Shown: positions 24,686 to 37,751 of the stretch, piece after piece
How the letters are laid out: each line of letters starts with the position of its first letter
Numbering within the stretch: position 1 is the first letter of the stretch
Assembly (NCBI GenBank): GCA_025603075.1
Contig: MU626330.1
Location: forward strand, 32,050 to 96,049
Source: Neoconidiobolus thromboides FSU 785
Lineage: Eukaryota > Fungi > Entomophthoromycota
Reading direction: 5' to 3'
DNA: 64,000 bases
The notes under the pieces: generated by a model
What the model was told of the DNA's origin: nothing
The model's database searches: none
Seen by the model: the letters and a program-made list of their open reading frames with translations, nothing else
Position numbers and translations under genes: made by a program

Positions 24686-25636
24686 TTATAAATCACTCTT
24701 TCTTGATTCTACTACAATATCATTTAATTCAACCTCATTAAATTGAGTATAAATAATTTCATTTAATTCATTAGTTTGATGTGTTTCTAAAGTATCTACC
24801 ATAGTTGATTTTGTTTCATTAAAATTATTACTATCTTCTGTTAGTTTAGCTTTGGAATTTTTACCCATTCTATGGGATAATCTCTTATTACGTAATTTTT
24901 GATGTTTTCTTAATTGAAGCACTGTTAAAAGAGATGTAATAGCCCAAGAAATATTAAATAGTACAGCGGAATTCTGATTTAAGATTTGAGCAAACGCTAA
25001 GATACAGATAAAGATATCAACAAATAAGATAATGAGACTGTAAATAATTCCATCTTTCAAAATCATTTTATAAAAAGGTAATTGATTAAATTTATACTGT
25101 TTGTAAATTATTATTAGAAAGATGGAAGTCAAATATATATTTAAAATCATTTGAATTGTTAATGCCATTCCAGCATATAACATATCCATATTAGCAGAAC
25201 AATTTAATAATGGAGTAATAGTTATGGAAGTGAATACCATATTTAAACAAAACAATACTAATTTAATAGCCATTAAAACTAAAGCTAAAGGATAAATGTA
25301 TTTAGGTAGAGAAGAGAGGACAAGTTTAGCTTTAATTAGAAGTATCAATTCAATAGAAAGTGTAGATAATAAATTTCCAACGGCAGCAAATTGAATACGA
25401 AATAAACAGTAATTATCAAATGAAAAAAAAAAAATAATTATTAATAAATTGACTATTAAACCTATCAAACTTTGTATTAAATTTAATTGAAAAATTTGAT
25501 TTTGATTTTTTAATATTAATTTGATAGAATGAATTGTATTTAATAAAAAAATCGTAAAGCTCATTGAATTGATTGTCATGGCTAAATTCGATTCAAATAT
25601 ATAATGAACTGGACTTATTATTATATTATTATCCAT
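24686..25636 (-). CDS. Orphan 7TM GPCR-like membrane protein, intronless, 316 aa
   Basis: Seven hydrophobic segments; Cys at the start of TM3 (DNYCLF) and in the loop after TM4 (LNCSA); polar C-terminal tail. Confidence 0.65.
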   Translation of the reverse strand: MDNNIIISPVHYIFESNLAMTINSMSFTIFLLNTIHSIKLILKNQNQIFQLNLIQSLIGLIVNLLIIIFFFSFDNYCLFRIQFAAVGNLLSTLSIELILLIKAKLVLSSLPKYIYPLALVLMAIKLVLFCLNMVFTSITITPLLNCSANMDMLYAGMALTIQMILNIYLTSIFLIIIYKQYKFNQLPFYKMILKDGIIYSLIILFVDIFICILAFAQILNQNSAVLFNISWAITSLLTVLQLRKHQKLRNKRLSHRMGKNSKAKLTEDSNNFNETKSTMVDTLETHQTNELNEIIYTQFNEVELNDIVVESRKSDL

Positions 25637-26691
25637 TTTATATTATTTCAATTGATTTTTTATAACAATAATTTACAATTATAAAAATATACTAAATTTT
25701 GATATTTTTTCTCTTTTATATATAATTGATTTTATAAGTACTTTTACATTTATCCCTAATATTATACTTTAGTTCATTTCTGGCTTAACCCCAACTTTGT
25801 TTTATAAGTAAACTAAATTTAAGGAGAGGACGAATTACTATAATTACTCACTACTGTATCATTTAATACTTGATTAACTTCTTTTAGCTATTAAAGTTAT
25901 GTTAGTTATCATTAGTCTCTATATTATATAATTCGATCTATTTGATTATATTAAAATTAATATTTTTAATATAGAATATCACCTTTTTCAAATTTCATAC
26001 TCTAAATTATTATGTTATTTTTTATTTTGATTTATTTATTTATTTATTTATTTATTCATTACAAACAATACAACTCTCTAAACCTCCATCATTATAATAC
26101 ACATTCATTCGTTTATTTATTTATTTATTCACTATTATATTTAAAATGTCCTAACATTTTCTATTTCAATTAATTTCAGCTTATTACCCCCTTCATTAAA
26201 ATAATGGTTCATCAATTTAAAATGTCTCCTTAAACTAAAAATAAAATAAAAATATGAGAAATAAAAAATTAGTTTTATTAATATTTTGTTTTCTTTTTTT
26301 ATTACGAAAAGTAATTAATTGAAGTATTATAATAAAATTTAAAACCAAATATATTTTTTATTAATTGTTAACTTCTACAGTTTTATTATTATTTAAAACT
26401 CACTTAATTAAATGGTCTAGATGAAGTATTAAAAATAAAGCCTCAATATATATATATATTAGATCTTTTTTGCTCCAATCGGAGTTCTATTGCTTATTAT
26501 TTGATATTGAATGAGTATAAAAATAAAAAATAAAAAAACAAGGAAATAAAATTCCTATCTGAGTTAGGTTAAAATTTGGAAGAATTAGTTACTTTTTTTT
26601 CATTTCATTCTTTTGTTTATTCATTAAATATCATAAATATTAAAAGTAAGCTCCATTTAAATGCTGCAGTAATTAAAAGTATAAAATATAT

Positions 26692-26789
26692 AGGGGTATA
26701 TTTTTGTATCCAAGAGTTTTACTAACAATTTTTCCACTTAAATAGCGCTTGAAACATGGAAAAAATAATGAAGCCAAAAAAACACCCTC
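26692..26789 (+). mobile_element. MITE family A, copy 5
   Basis: AGGGGTA..CACCCTC ends, family core; ATAT on both flanks. Confidence 0.75.
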
Positions 26790-27567
26790 ATATCATTATT
26801 TACTATATGATATATCTTTGAATTAGTGTCAAAATTTATATAATAACTGATATATTAATATACTAATATTGAAAAAAAGGGAATATTACTTGAATCATTT
26901 AAAAAACCTAGCGAAATAACAAAAAGAATCAATTTATAAATATATAAAAATACTAAATATTTATCTAATAAAGAGAAATCATAATCAAAATTCTATGAGG
27001 AAAAGAAATTAAAGATTATTTTTTTATTAATTTATACTCAATAAAGTCAAAAGTTTAATTAAAGATATTTGTTACTTAAAAGTAAAAAGTTATTAAATAC
27101 AATTATCAAATTTCAATATGGATACTTAGTCATTACTAGAGTATACTTCTTCTAGATCTCCTAACTTATCATCACAACCTTCATCCTGTAAATTCACCAA
27201 CCCAATAGCATCTAAATAAAGCAATTTAACTGATTTCTTTTGAAAAGTTTTAACTTAGAATCTCCAATTTTAAATTTAGTCATAAATTTTGTATAATAAT
27301 AAATAAATAAAACTATATTTTTTGTTCATTTTTATATTTAACATACTCAGGATTTACTTTTCCAATGATTTTTAAGTTTTCTTTTGATAGCTTTAATATC
27401 AATATTTTCAACCAAATTATAAACTAAAACATTAATAAAATAATATTATTAAGAAACTAATTGTTTGATTGTAATAAATATATATTTGATTTTGAAATTA
27501 TTAAGGAATAGAATAGTTATCTTAAAGAAATTGAAGATATTAAAATTATTTATTTTTAATAAAATAT

Positions 27568-27665
27568 GGGGATGTTTTTTTGACTTCATTACTTTTTCCA
27601 TTCTTTAAGCACTATTTGAGCGGAAATTTTGTTAGTAAAATTCTTAAACATAAAAACACATCCCC
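27568..27665 (-). mobile_element. MITE family A, copy 6 (reverse)
   Basis: Perfect GGGGATG/CATCCCC ends; flanks ATAT/ATAC. Confidence 0.85.
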
Positions 27666-28813
27666 ATACATAGTTACTATTAAGTTGTTTAATTTATGAG
27701 TTACTATAAAGAAGATAATTACTTACTTTTTTAATAATAAAATAGGGGCACTACTAAACTATCAAGCTTCAAAATACATTTAATCTTTTATCTTAGTAAT
27801 GACACTAATTAAAGTGATAAATATAAAAAAATAGGACTTTTTTGTCATATCCCTGTTTTTCCTTTTAAATATTTATTTCTTCATAGAGCATTTCAAAAGA
27901 ACTTATCAAATAATTAAATGATTTTAATACAAAAAAAAATCTTCAGTTTTATTTTAAATTTTAAATTATTTAAACTAAGAAATGGAAATGAAAAAGAAGA
28001 CTAACTATAACAAACTATTTAAATAAAAACTAGTAGCATACAAATAACAGATAAATTACTAATATGCTGTATTACTAATTTAACTATTCTTTCATTATTA
28101 AAATTTACTTTTACCGTAAAATTAACCTAAATTAACTAAGAATCCAGGATTAATTAACCATCACCAATTAAAATACGTCATCTTTAAAGTTAATTGAAGC
28201 TGTCAAATAAAACCAAGCTTTTCAGGGATAAAAATAATTTAGTGAAAGTATCAAAACTTTAATAATAAGTTATTATTTCAATTAATTATTAATTCATTTA
28301 TTTATTCTACTTATTTACTATGCAATTCCAATTCAGTTTTAGAATTCAGATAGAATTACTAATATGTCATTAATAATAGAATATATATAAAATAACTGAA
28401 AACAACAATATAAAAAGTATATTATGATAAATTAAAGTTTATGTATAATTTTTACAAAAAGCAATGATAAAACTTAGCATTTGATTGAGTTGTTTTATTT
28501 AATTGGTTTGTATAAATTTCATAATATCATTATTTTAATAAAGCTTGTTTTATAATTTAACCCTTTAAATTTATGTTTTTGAAAAATAGTTATAATACGC
28601 CTCATTACAAAGAAAAAAAGGATAATTATTCTTGAGAGTTTCAAAACCATCATCATCATTAAATTTGTTTGATGATATAATCAATTGAAAATGCATTATA
28701 GCAAAACTTCAAAAAAAATAGTATATAAATACAATGATTTACTTTAACTAAAGTTTAAAAAATTCAACATTTTATTTTTATAAGAAAAATATACAACAAT
28801 AACATATTCAACT

Positions 28814-31111
28814 ATGAGTCCATCCAAAATTAAAGACGTATCTATTAATAGTAATAAAGATGTATCTATTATTGATATTAAAGATGAATCCTTCAAGAAC
28901 TTTGATCTTGAACCTTTAATATTAGATAATATTAATAAACCATTTAATCAAAAGAGTATACCAACTTTAGTATTATATGATGATAAAGGTTTACAATTAT
29001 TTGATAAAATTACCTATTTAGATGAATATTACCTTACTGAAGCAGAGATTGATATATTAAAGCGTAAATCGGATGATATCATCAATCTAATTCCTGATGA
29101 TTCTTATGTTATTGAATTAGGTTCTGGTTCTTTAAGAAAAACTAAGGTAATCTTAGATGCTATTGAAAAGAATAGAAAAGGAGTCAATTATTATGCTTTA
29201 GATGTCATGGAAAAGGAATTAGTAAAATCTTTACAAAATTTAAAAGATTATAGTAATTTAAAATGTCATGGCTTATGTGGTACTTATGACGATGGTATGA
29301 AATTTATTCAACAATTGCCAAAAGAAAAGAGAAAGACAATATTATGGTTAGGCTCTTCTATTGGTAATTATAATCGTATTGAAGCAGAAGAATTTGTTAA
29401 AAAAATTCATCAATGTTTAAATCCAGGTGATTTATTTATTATTGGTATTGATTTACGTAAAGATAGTAAAAGAATATCATTAGCTTATAATGATCCAAAG
29501 GGAGTATCAAGAGATTTTATATTGAACGGTTTAAATAACTGTAATAATATATTAGGTTTAGAATTTTTTAATTTAAATAATTTTGAATTTAAAAGTGTAG
29601 TTAATGAAGAGAAAGGGTTTCATAATTCTAGATTTATATCAACTTGTAATCAAACATTAAATCATCCTAAGAAACAATTAAGCATTGAAATTAAAAAAGA
29701 TGAAGAAATCGATATTGAATATAGTATTAAATATTCACTTAATGAAATTGATGGTTTAATAGAAAATACAAAGTTTTTAAAACAATCACAATGGTTTGAT
29801 ACAACTAATAGCTATTCTTTAAATGTTATTTATAAACCTCCCTTTAATTTTAGTAAAATAATCAATTATTCAATTATACCTAGTATAGTTGAATGGGAAG
29901 AAATCTTTCAAGCTTGGGAATATATTGTATTTGATTCAATTAAAGAAGAGGATTTATTAAAACAACCTATTTCTTTACGTCATCCTATATTATTTTATTT
30001 AGGTCATATCCCTGCCTTTTTAGATATTCAATTATCTAAACATTTAAAATGGAATTTAATTGAACCAAAAGAATATACTACTCATTTTGAAAGAGGTATT
30101 GATCCTGATGTAGATGAACCATCTAAATGTCATTCTCATTCTGAATTACCAAAAGAATGGCCAACTAGAAATCAAGTAATTGAATACCATGATAAAGTAA
30201 AACAACGATTATTTAATATATTAAATAACAAAGAAATGATGGAAGATAAAAGGTTATTAAGAGTCTTATCTTATGTATTTGAACATCAAGTAATGCATTT
30301 AGAAACTTTATTATATATGTTAATACGTTGTGATACTATTCAATATAAAAATATTTATAAAACAACCTTTAATAATAAAATTGAAAAAATTAATGAAGCT
30401 CAATTACTTCCAATTAATGAAGGACAAGTTATGATTGGTAGAAATGATATTGAATCTGAAGATTTTAATAAAAACAATAAATCTTTAGATTATTTTGGTT
30501 GGGATAATGAATCACCTCAAAGAGAAGTTAAAGTTAAAGAATTTCAAATTCAATCTAGACCAGTTACTAATGGAGAATTTTTACAATTTTTAAAAGAAAC
30601 AGTTAATAAAAATCATCCAGCTCAATGGTCTCCAATTAATGATAATAATAATGAATTTGAATTTAAAGTAAGAACTTTATTAGGTTATGTAAGTATGGAA
30701 GAAGCTGAAAATTGGCCAGTATCTGTAAGTTATGAACAAGCTAAACAATATTCTGCATGGAAAAATATGCGATTACCAACAGAAGAAGAATTATTATTAT
30801 TTTATAAGCAATATAACAATAACAATGATAGTAATATAGGATTTAAAAATTTTCATCCAAAACCAGTAAATGAAATACAAACTTATGGAGATGGTTGGGA
30901 ATGGACTAATACGTTATTTAGTAACTATGAGGGTTTTATTAAATCAGAATTATATCCCAATTATTCAATTGATTTCTTTGATAATAAACATTATATATTA
31001 TTAGGTGGTTCATATATTACTCATCCAAGATTAATTCATCGTCAAACATTTCGTAATTGGTATCATAAATCATATCCTTATATGTTTTCTATTTTTCGTT
31101 GTGCTATTTAA
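28814..31111 (+). CDS. EGT1: Ergothioneine biosynthesis protein Egt1 (histidine trimethylase fused to sulfoxide synthase), intronless, 765 aa
   Basis: PTLVLYDDKGLQLFDKITYLDEYYLT, IELGSG, LWLGSSIGN, AYND (EgtD domain); LRHPILFYLGHIPAF, EHQVMHLET iron motif, FGE-sulfatase-like C-terminus ending RNWY..YPY..FRC. Confidence 0.95.
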   Translation: MSPSKIKDVSINSNKDVSIIDIKDESFKNFDLEPLILDNINKPFNQKSIPTLVLYDDKGLQLFDKITYLDEYYLTEAEIDILKRKSDDIINLIPDDSYVIELGSGSLRKTKVILDAIEKNRKGVNYYALDVMEKELVKSLQNLKDYSNLKCHGLCGTYDDGMKFIQQLPKEKRKTILWLGSSIGNYNRIEAEEFVKKIHQCLNPGDLFIIGIDLRKDSKRISLAYNDPKGVSRDFILNGLNNCNNILGLEFFNLNNFEFKSVVNEEKGFHNSRFISTCNQTLNHPKKQLSIEIKKDEEIDIEYSIKYSLNEIDGLIENTKFLKQSQWFDTTNSYSLNVIYKPPFNFSKIINYSIIPSIVEWEEIFQAWEYIVFDSIKEEDLLKQPISLRHPILFYLGHIPAFLDIQLSKHLKWNLIEPKEYTTHFERGIDPDVDEPSKCHSHSELPKEWPTRNQVIEYHDKVKQRLFNILNNKEMMEDKRLLRVLSYVFEHQVMHLETLLYMLIRCDTIQYKNIYKTTFNNKIEKINEAQLLPINEGQVMIGRNDIESEDFNKNNKSLDYFGWDNESPQREVKVKEFQIQSRPVTNGEFLQFLKETVNKNHPAQWSPINDNNNEFEFKVRTLLGYVSMEEAENWPVSVSYEQAKQYSAWKNMRLPTEEELLLFYKQYNNNNDSNIGFKNFHPKPVNEIQTYGDGWEWTNTLFSNYEGFIKSELYPNYSIDFFDNKHYILLGGSYITHPRLIHRQTFRNWYHKSYPYMFSIFRCAI

Positions 31112-31276
31112 TTAATAGTAAGTAATTAATAAGATTGATTTATTATTATTATTATTATTATATAAATAGTATATAATATATAGTATATAGTATATAAAAA
31201 ATAAAAATAAAAATAAGAATAAAAATAGCAAAAACAAAATTAGTTTTGTATTCTTTTTTATTTTTTATTTTTTACT

Positions 31277-32173
31277 TTAATTTAATTCAATATTAAATTG
31301 AATAGCTAATTCATTCATTGTTGAATATAAATTATATAAAGATGCTTTGGGCTTTGGATGATTGGTAAATTCATTTAACTAAAATAAATATTAATATTAA
31401 ATAAATAACATATATAATATATAATATATAATATAATAAATAAGCTTACAATTTGCCCAAATAATTGAACATCTAATAATAATTGGAATTGAATCTTTGA
31501 ATGATCTAAATCTAATTGTATACTCATTGAATTTTCATTTTTATTGTTATTATTTAATTGATCTTTCTTTAATTTGTTTAATGAATCTTGTGTTTTTTTA
31601 ATATTGTTTAATATTTCTAATATATTCTTATTATATCTAAAAAATAAAAATAAAAATAAAAATAAAAATAAAAATAAAAATAAAAATAAAAATAAATAAA
31701 ATTAAAACTTACTCAACACATAATAAATAGAATAATTCATTAATCCAAATTTGTATTTGTTTCTTATTATTAATATATTCAGCTAATATCTTATCAATAA
31801 TTTGTTTCATTTCAATAATATATTCACTAGCCTGTTTGGGTTTCTAAAATTAAATTGAAATATAATTAATATTTTTTCTTTTAAAATATAATAAAATTAA
31901 AGACTCACTTCTTTATTAGTATGTCTATAAAACTTAGGTACATTCATTACACATTCCAATTTGAATTTGCATAAAATAAATATCAATTCAATAATAAATT
32001 GATTATATTGATTTAATATTGGATTAAATAAATTATTAATATCTATTAAAAATTCCACTTTTAAATTCATTTGTTTTAATATATTAAGCCAATCCGTTGT
32101 TAAATATGATTGTATTTGTAATATATCAAAATATAAATAAATATTACGTTGAATAATAAGATTCATTGTAGTT

Positions 32174-32216
<43 letters not shown>

Positions 32217-32989
32217 TTATTTCTTCTCTTTGATTATTAATTAATTTTGAAATAATATTATAAAAACATAATATTAATTTTAAATTATATTCATAATTAG
32301 ATTTACAAAATAATATTAGAAATTCATAATACCATACTTTATGAATTGTTGATAAAATATTTTGACTAAATTCATAATTTAATAAATATTTTGATAATTC
32401 TATACAGAGTAAATGTTAATAATTAATATGAAATTGTATTATTAAAATCTTACCTTTATATTCTTTAAACTCATTATTCTTATTATCCTCACTGTTTAAT
32501 TCCCAGTTTAATAAATTGGTTAATGATTTTAAATTTAAATTATTATTTAATAACTTGATTTTTAATAAATAATATTTTTTAATTTTCCATTTCAATTTAT
32601 AATCTTGATATTCTTTACTTTCTCTAAATTCAATAATTAAATCTATTTCCTTTAATAAAATTTCAATTTCTTTTAAAAATTCTAAGTTCGCTTTAAAATT
32701 CTAGAAATCAAAATAGAAAATAATATAATGTTAGTATATTGTTTTATATAATTATAATAATTAATTAATATTCTATAATTTACCTCATAAAATAAATTAA
32801 AATTTGAATTAAATAAATTAACTTGATCATCTAATTGTTCCATGAATTGTAAAAAATTAGGAAAGATAACCTTTTTAATTAAATTAATATTTAATAACTT
32901 AAATCGTTGATTTAATAATTGAATAATTGGTAAACATCGTCCATTTAAAAACAATATTATATTCTCAAATATTGGCTTTAATTGGATCC

Positions 32990-33064
<75 letters not shown>

Positions 33065-34176
33065 CATTATTACTATTATTATTATTACTATTATTATTAT
33101 TATTGAGATTATTAATGTTAAATATCTAAAATTAAAATAAAAAGATTAATTTTATATAATATAATATAATATAATGTAATATATTAAACCTATTAAATAT
33201 CTTCTTACCTGTTTAAATGCTGGTATAATCACTTTATTTTGAAATATAATTTCAGCTACTTCAATTTGTTTTAACCAAGCATAAGCACGAAAACAAATAG
33301 CTAAATCTAATAATTCATTTTCATTATTTAACGATTGTATAATTACTTTATTTAAACAATAATCAAAATTTATTTGATTATTTTTTAACACTATTTCTTT
33401 CATTAATATCATTTTCTATAATAAAATATTTAATATAAATAAATATATATGTTTATAATGAGTATTAAATACTTACTGTCTTAAATTCATTAATTAATGG
33501 ATTCTTATCATCTTCTTGATCCAATAATAATATCAATTGAGAATATTGTAAACATATTTTTTCCATTAGTTTTAAATCATTACTATTATTTAAAAAAGGT
33601 AAATCAAATTAGTAACTAATAAAGTAATCTATAACATAAAGCCACTACTTACTTAATACTTTCAGTATTTAATTCTTTATTTTTCTTTTCATTATTCCAT
33701 TCTATTATCCATCCATTGATTTGTTCTAATTTTTGTTGCATTTTTAATAGATTTAAGATCCAAGTCTAAAATCAAATTAGTTATAAATTTATCATAACTA
33801 CTAATAATACTTAAATAAACAACTTTACCTTTTTCTCTTTCAATTCCAACCGTTGATTAAAACTAGGAACAAAATCTTCTTTTGCTTTAATTACTTTACT
33901 CTCCAAAGTCTAAATTTAAAACTTATATTAATAATCCATCTCTAACAACTTTTCTTCTCTTTTATGACTTACTTCTATTCTCTCTTTTAATTCTTGTGTA
34001 TTTTGTTTAACATTCCCTAACTGTTGATTTAAAATGGATAAATTAAAAGGTAAATTCAATAATATAAATTGATGTTGAGTTAAATAAGATTGACTAGTTT
34101 CTTCATTTAATTGAATTTCTTTTAATTTATCTTCAATAGCTTGTTCAATGTTTTGGGGTAAACCAGGGGTAGTCAT
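31277..34176 (-). CDS. COG2: Conserved oligomeric Golgi complex subunit 2, multi-exon, with poly-Asn inserts
   Basis: CFRAYAWLKQIEVAEIIFQNKVIIP, LKWKIKKYY, NVPKFYRHTNKE, DSLNKLK and KIQFQLLLDVQLFG follow COG2 conserved blocks in order. Confidence 0.75.
31645..31695. repeat. (TAAAAA)n microsatellite in a COG2 intron
   Basis: Direct reading, about 8 units. Confidence 0.9.
32990..33104 (-). repeat. (AAT)n tract encoding poly-Asn in COG2
   Basis: ATT repeats on plus; in frame in the exon after the TTTAG acceptor near 33127. Confidence 0.8.
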
Positions 34177-34386
34177 TTATTAAATGAAATCTCAATAAAA
34201 AATTAAAAAGTATTTAATTATCTAAAAACAAGAATGACATATAATTCTAATTTTTGAAGTTTCACGTATTAGAGGAAGCTTTCTATATTTAGTAATTTAT
34301 TTTTAAGAAAAATTCAAACTCAAATGCAAAAATAGAATACTTCAACTTTAATAAACAATAATATCTTTTATTTATAAGATGATTCA

Positions 34387-34807
34387 TCATCTATATTTCT
34401 TAACTTCTAGGATGAGTAAATTAACTGAGAGAACTTCCCTATTCAATTTTGGAAAATGTTGATCAATAAAAGCAATAAATTTTGTATAACAAAGAATCAA
34501 ATGGGCTAATGTGGAATGAAGAATGGAACTAAAATTTTCTTTTAGTTCATTATTGAATGTAGTTTGTATTTCTTTATAAATTAATTCTAAATATGTTTTA
34601 TATTTGTTATTAAATTCAATTAAAATTCGATTATAATATTCTTGATTATGTTGAGTGGAAACAAGATTCGAGTTCTCTTCGATATGTATAATTTGTTGAA
34701 AATAAGGTTCTAGTAATTGGATGATATATTCATTTAATACTAATTTATATTTTTCTTTAATTATATCAATTTCTTTTTCAATATGTTCATTAGTCATACT
34801 TATTGTA

Positions 34808-34838
<31 letters not shown>

Positions 34839-37272
34839 TATTTAAATTATTATTTAAATTATTATTATTTAAATTATAATTACCATTACTATTATTATTA
34901 TTATTATTATTATTATTACTTTGATAATGAAAATAATTATTATTATATTCATTTAAAATATTTAATATTAAATAAAAATTATTAATTTGAAATATCTCTT
35001 TTTTTTTATCTTGTTGAAATTTGACTTTATCTAACCAATTAAAATATTCTATTCTAAGTCTTAAAATACCATTTAATAACATAGATTCATTATAATTATA
35101 ACATAAGATTAATATAGAGCCAATTAATTCCGCATATCTTTTAGATATAAAATGAGTTTTCTCATTAATTATTACTTGATTGGTTGCTTTTTTTAAAGAT
35201 TGTATATGTAAATTAATCAAATTTTGAAATTTTAACCAAAATAATTGTTCATTTGTATTAATATAATTAATTAATATAAATTCCATTTTCATTGATTTAA
35301 CTATGTTAAAATATTGTTGATTTAATCGAATACATAACAATATACCTATTGTATCACAACTTATTTCTAAATGTTGTTTTATTATTGTATGTATTTTTTT
35401 AATGATAAATTCAAATATACTTTTAATTATATGATTAATATTCAATTCGTTAATAATTTCTTTTTGTTTATTATAAATAGTACTTGAATTACTTATAAAC
35501 TCTTTTAAGAATAAATATTCATTCATTATACAACTTAAGAAGGTAACATTAATACTTTTAAATAAATCTTCAATTTTATATACATTATTATTATCATGTT
35601 GATTCATTGTTATACATTCATAATCTTCATTAAATTGTAATACTTTATCTCGATTTCCCAACTGATATAAATTATATTTATTTATACTATTACTGTTAAT
35701 TGTATTTGTTGTACTAAATATACTAAAATCCATAAACCCTATAAACATTATATTATATTATATTATATTATATTATATTATATTATATTATAAAAATATA
35801 CCTTTCTTAACTGAGCCATCATATCCAAGTAAATCTTTTGAACTTGACAATGATGACTAAAATGGAAAATATAAATGACTCAAAATTAATTAACATTACA
35901 AGTAAATAACTTACAAAACAAGTATTTAAAAACTTTAAATAAGGATCCCAACAATTCAAATAATATAAAGATAAAGAATTGATATAATATTGTATAATTT
36001 CCAAAATAACGGATAAATTTCTTTTAATTAAAAATGGTATTAATTTTTTATATTTTAAAAATTGATTTTTTTGTATTGATTGTAAATCAATTGTTTTTTT
36101 TTCATTCCATAATATTTCTATTTGTTTAATTTGTTGAACAAAATATTCTCGAATCTTTGCTGAGGCCTAAAAAATATTATTATATTTATTATATATTATA
36201 ATCGATTTAATTTAATTTAATTTAATTTAATTTAATTTACCTTATATCTTAACTTATCTAATTCTGGTGATACTTCTTTAATTGCTTTGACATGGCTATT
36301 TTTATTTCCACTTTTTTGTTGTATAAATTCCATTTTTAAATCAATTTTTAATACATGTGATACATAATCTTCATTAATTTCTTCATTAACAATAATACTA
36401 TATATATTAAATTAATGTTAATATTATAATATTACGATATAACAAATCATGATATATTTACTTTATAGTCCTTGGATCAATCGATAAATAATTAATTGAT
36501 TTATTTAATCTGGTATGTACTTGCTATTAATTTTATAAAATAAATCTATAATAAAACATATTATTAATTACCATTCTATTCTTTAATTTAACTTGGATGA
36601 CTTTACTCTGATTTTGTAAAGAACTAATAGCTCCATTTAATTCACTTAAATTACTTTTAAATTGCTCTAAAGAATTAGATATCGTATATAATATTTTATC
36701 ACATTTCTATTTATAAAATTCACTTTAAAGCTTAAAAAGTATTACTATATAATCATCCTTACCTCTACATTTTCATTTAACTCTAATATATTTGGCATAA
36801 ACTTAATAACTATAAAACAAAATCAATATTCTATTTTCCATTGAATTATGAATTATAAATTACAATCTGATACTAATTGATTTTCTGCAATATTTAACTT
36901 TTTTTGACTTTCAATGGCATATTCCCAAATATCTACGTCCTATTCAAAAATAAACTAATAAATATCTCTTTTAAATAACATACACATTAGTTTATTTACT
37001 TTTTCTAAAATCTCATTGATCCATTTGTCCTCTTTAAATTCTTCCATTTTAACTATTTTTAACTTATTTAATATATTTTTTAAAATTTTATTACTATATT
37101 TTCAATTCATTACTTATAACCTGATCAAAGTCAATCTCTTCCTCTCCTTGGGTAAATTTAACACCTTCATTTTCTTTTCTTGGTTGTAAGAGCTCCTACA
37201 AATCAAATTTTAATATTGGGCCTTATCTCTTGTATTCTAATATTTTATGCTTACTTTTTTAAATTCTTCCAT
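34387..37272 (-). CDS. VPS52: GARP complex subunit Vps52, multi-exon, long last exon with poly-Asn
   Basis: FKSNLSELNGAISSLQNQS..VKLKNR, ELDKLRYK/ASAKIREYF, QFLKYKKLIPFL, HFISKRYAELIGSIL, IFQINN, LAHLILCYTKF, VNLLILEVKKY. Confidence 0.88.
35748..35791. repeat. (TATAT)n microsatellite in a VPS52 intron
   Basis: Direct reading. Confidence 0.85.
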
Positions 37273-37751
37273 ATTCTTTATCTTTTTTAATAGTTCCTTG
37301 ATAGAAAAATAAAATGATGAAATTTGAGAAAGTTCTAAATAATCAAATTCCTATTTTTTGATTTTATGAAATAAATGTAAAATCAATTGAAAATGTCTTA
37401 TTTTTAATAATAACTTAATTCATTTATTCTTTAAAATGAGAAGCAATATAATTATGATAATATAAACAATATAACTATAATAATGAATAATGAATAATGA
37501 ATAACGAATAACGAATTTTTAGTATAAAAAACAAATAACAAATAATTTATTGAATAAAAGATCAAAAATAGGCATTTAAAAAGGTGGCTAAAAAAATACT
37601 AAGCAAGATTCAATTCAAGTTCAATGGACCAATGATCGCTTCATATTTAATCAATAATGTCACATCATCCTTAAAAAGTTTTGTTCATTTAATAATCAAT
37701 TTAACAGTCCAAGAAATCGAGTTTGATATTTTCAATTTAAAAAATTTAATT

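Noticed and set aside
28814-31111. Horizontal transfer of EGT1 because it is intronless
   Set aside because: The methyltransferase-sulfoxide synthase fusion is the standard fungal form, and other native genes here (SEC2, homeobox) are also intronless.
34803-34985. Poly-Tyr ORF on plus
   Set aside because: Antisense shadow of the AAT poly-Asn tract in VPS52.
37584-37751. N-terminal extensions in the ORF track (37584 GTG, 40996, 1207 TTG, 62086 TTG)
   Set aside because: Non-ATG starts; homology or splice reconstruction gives ATG starts at 37752, 41017, 1156 and 62188.
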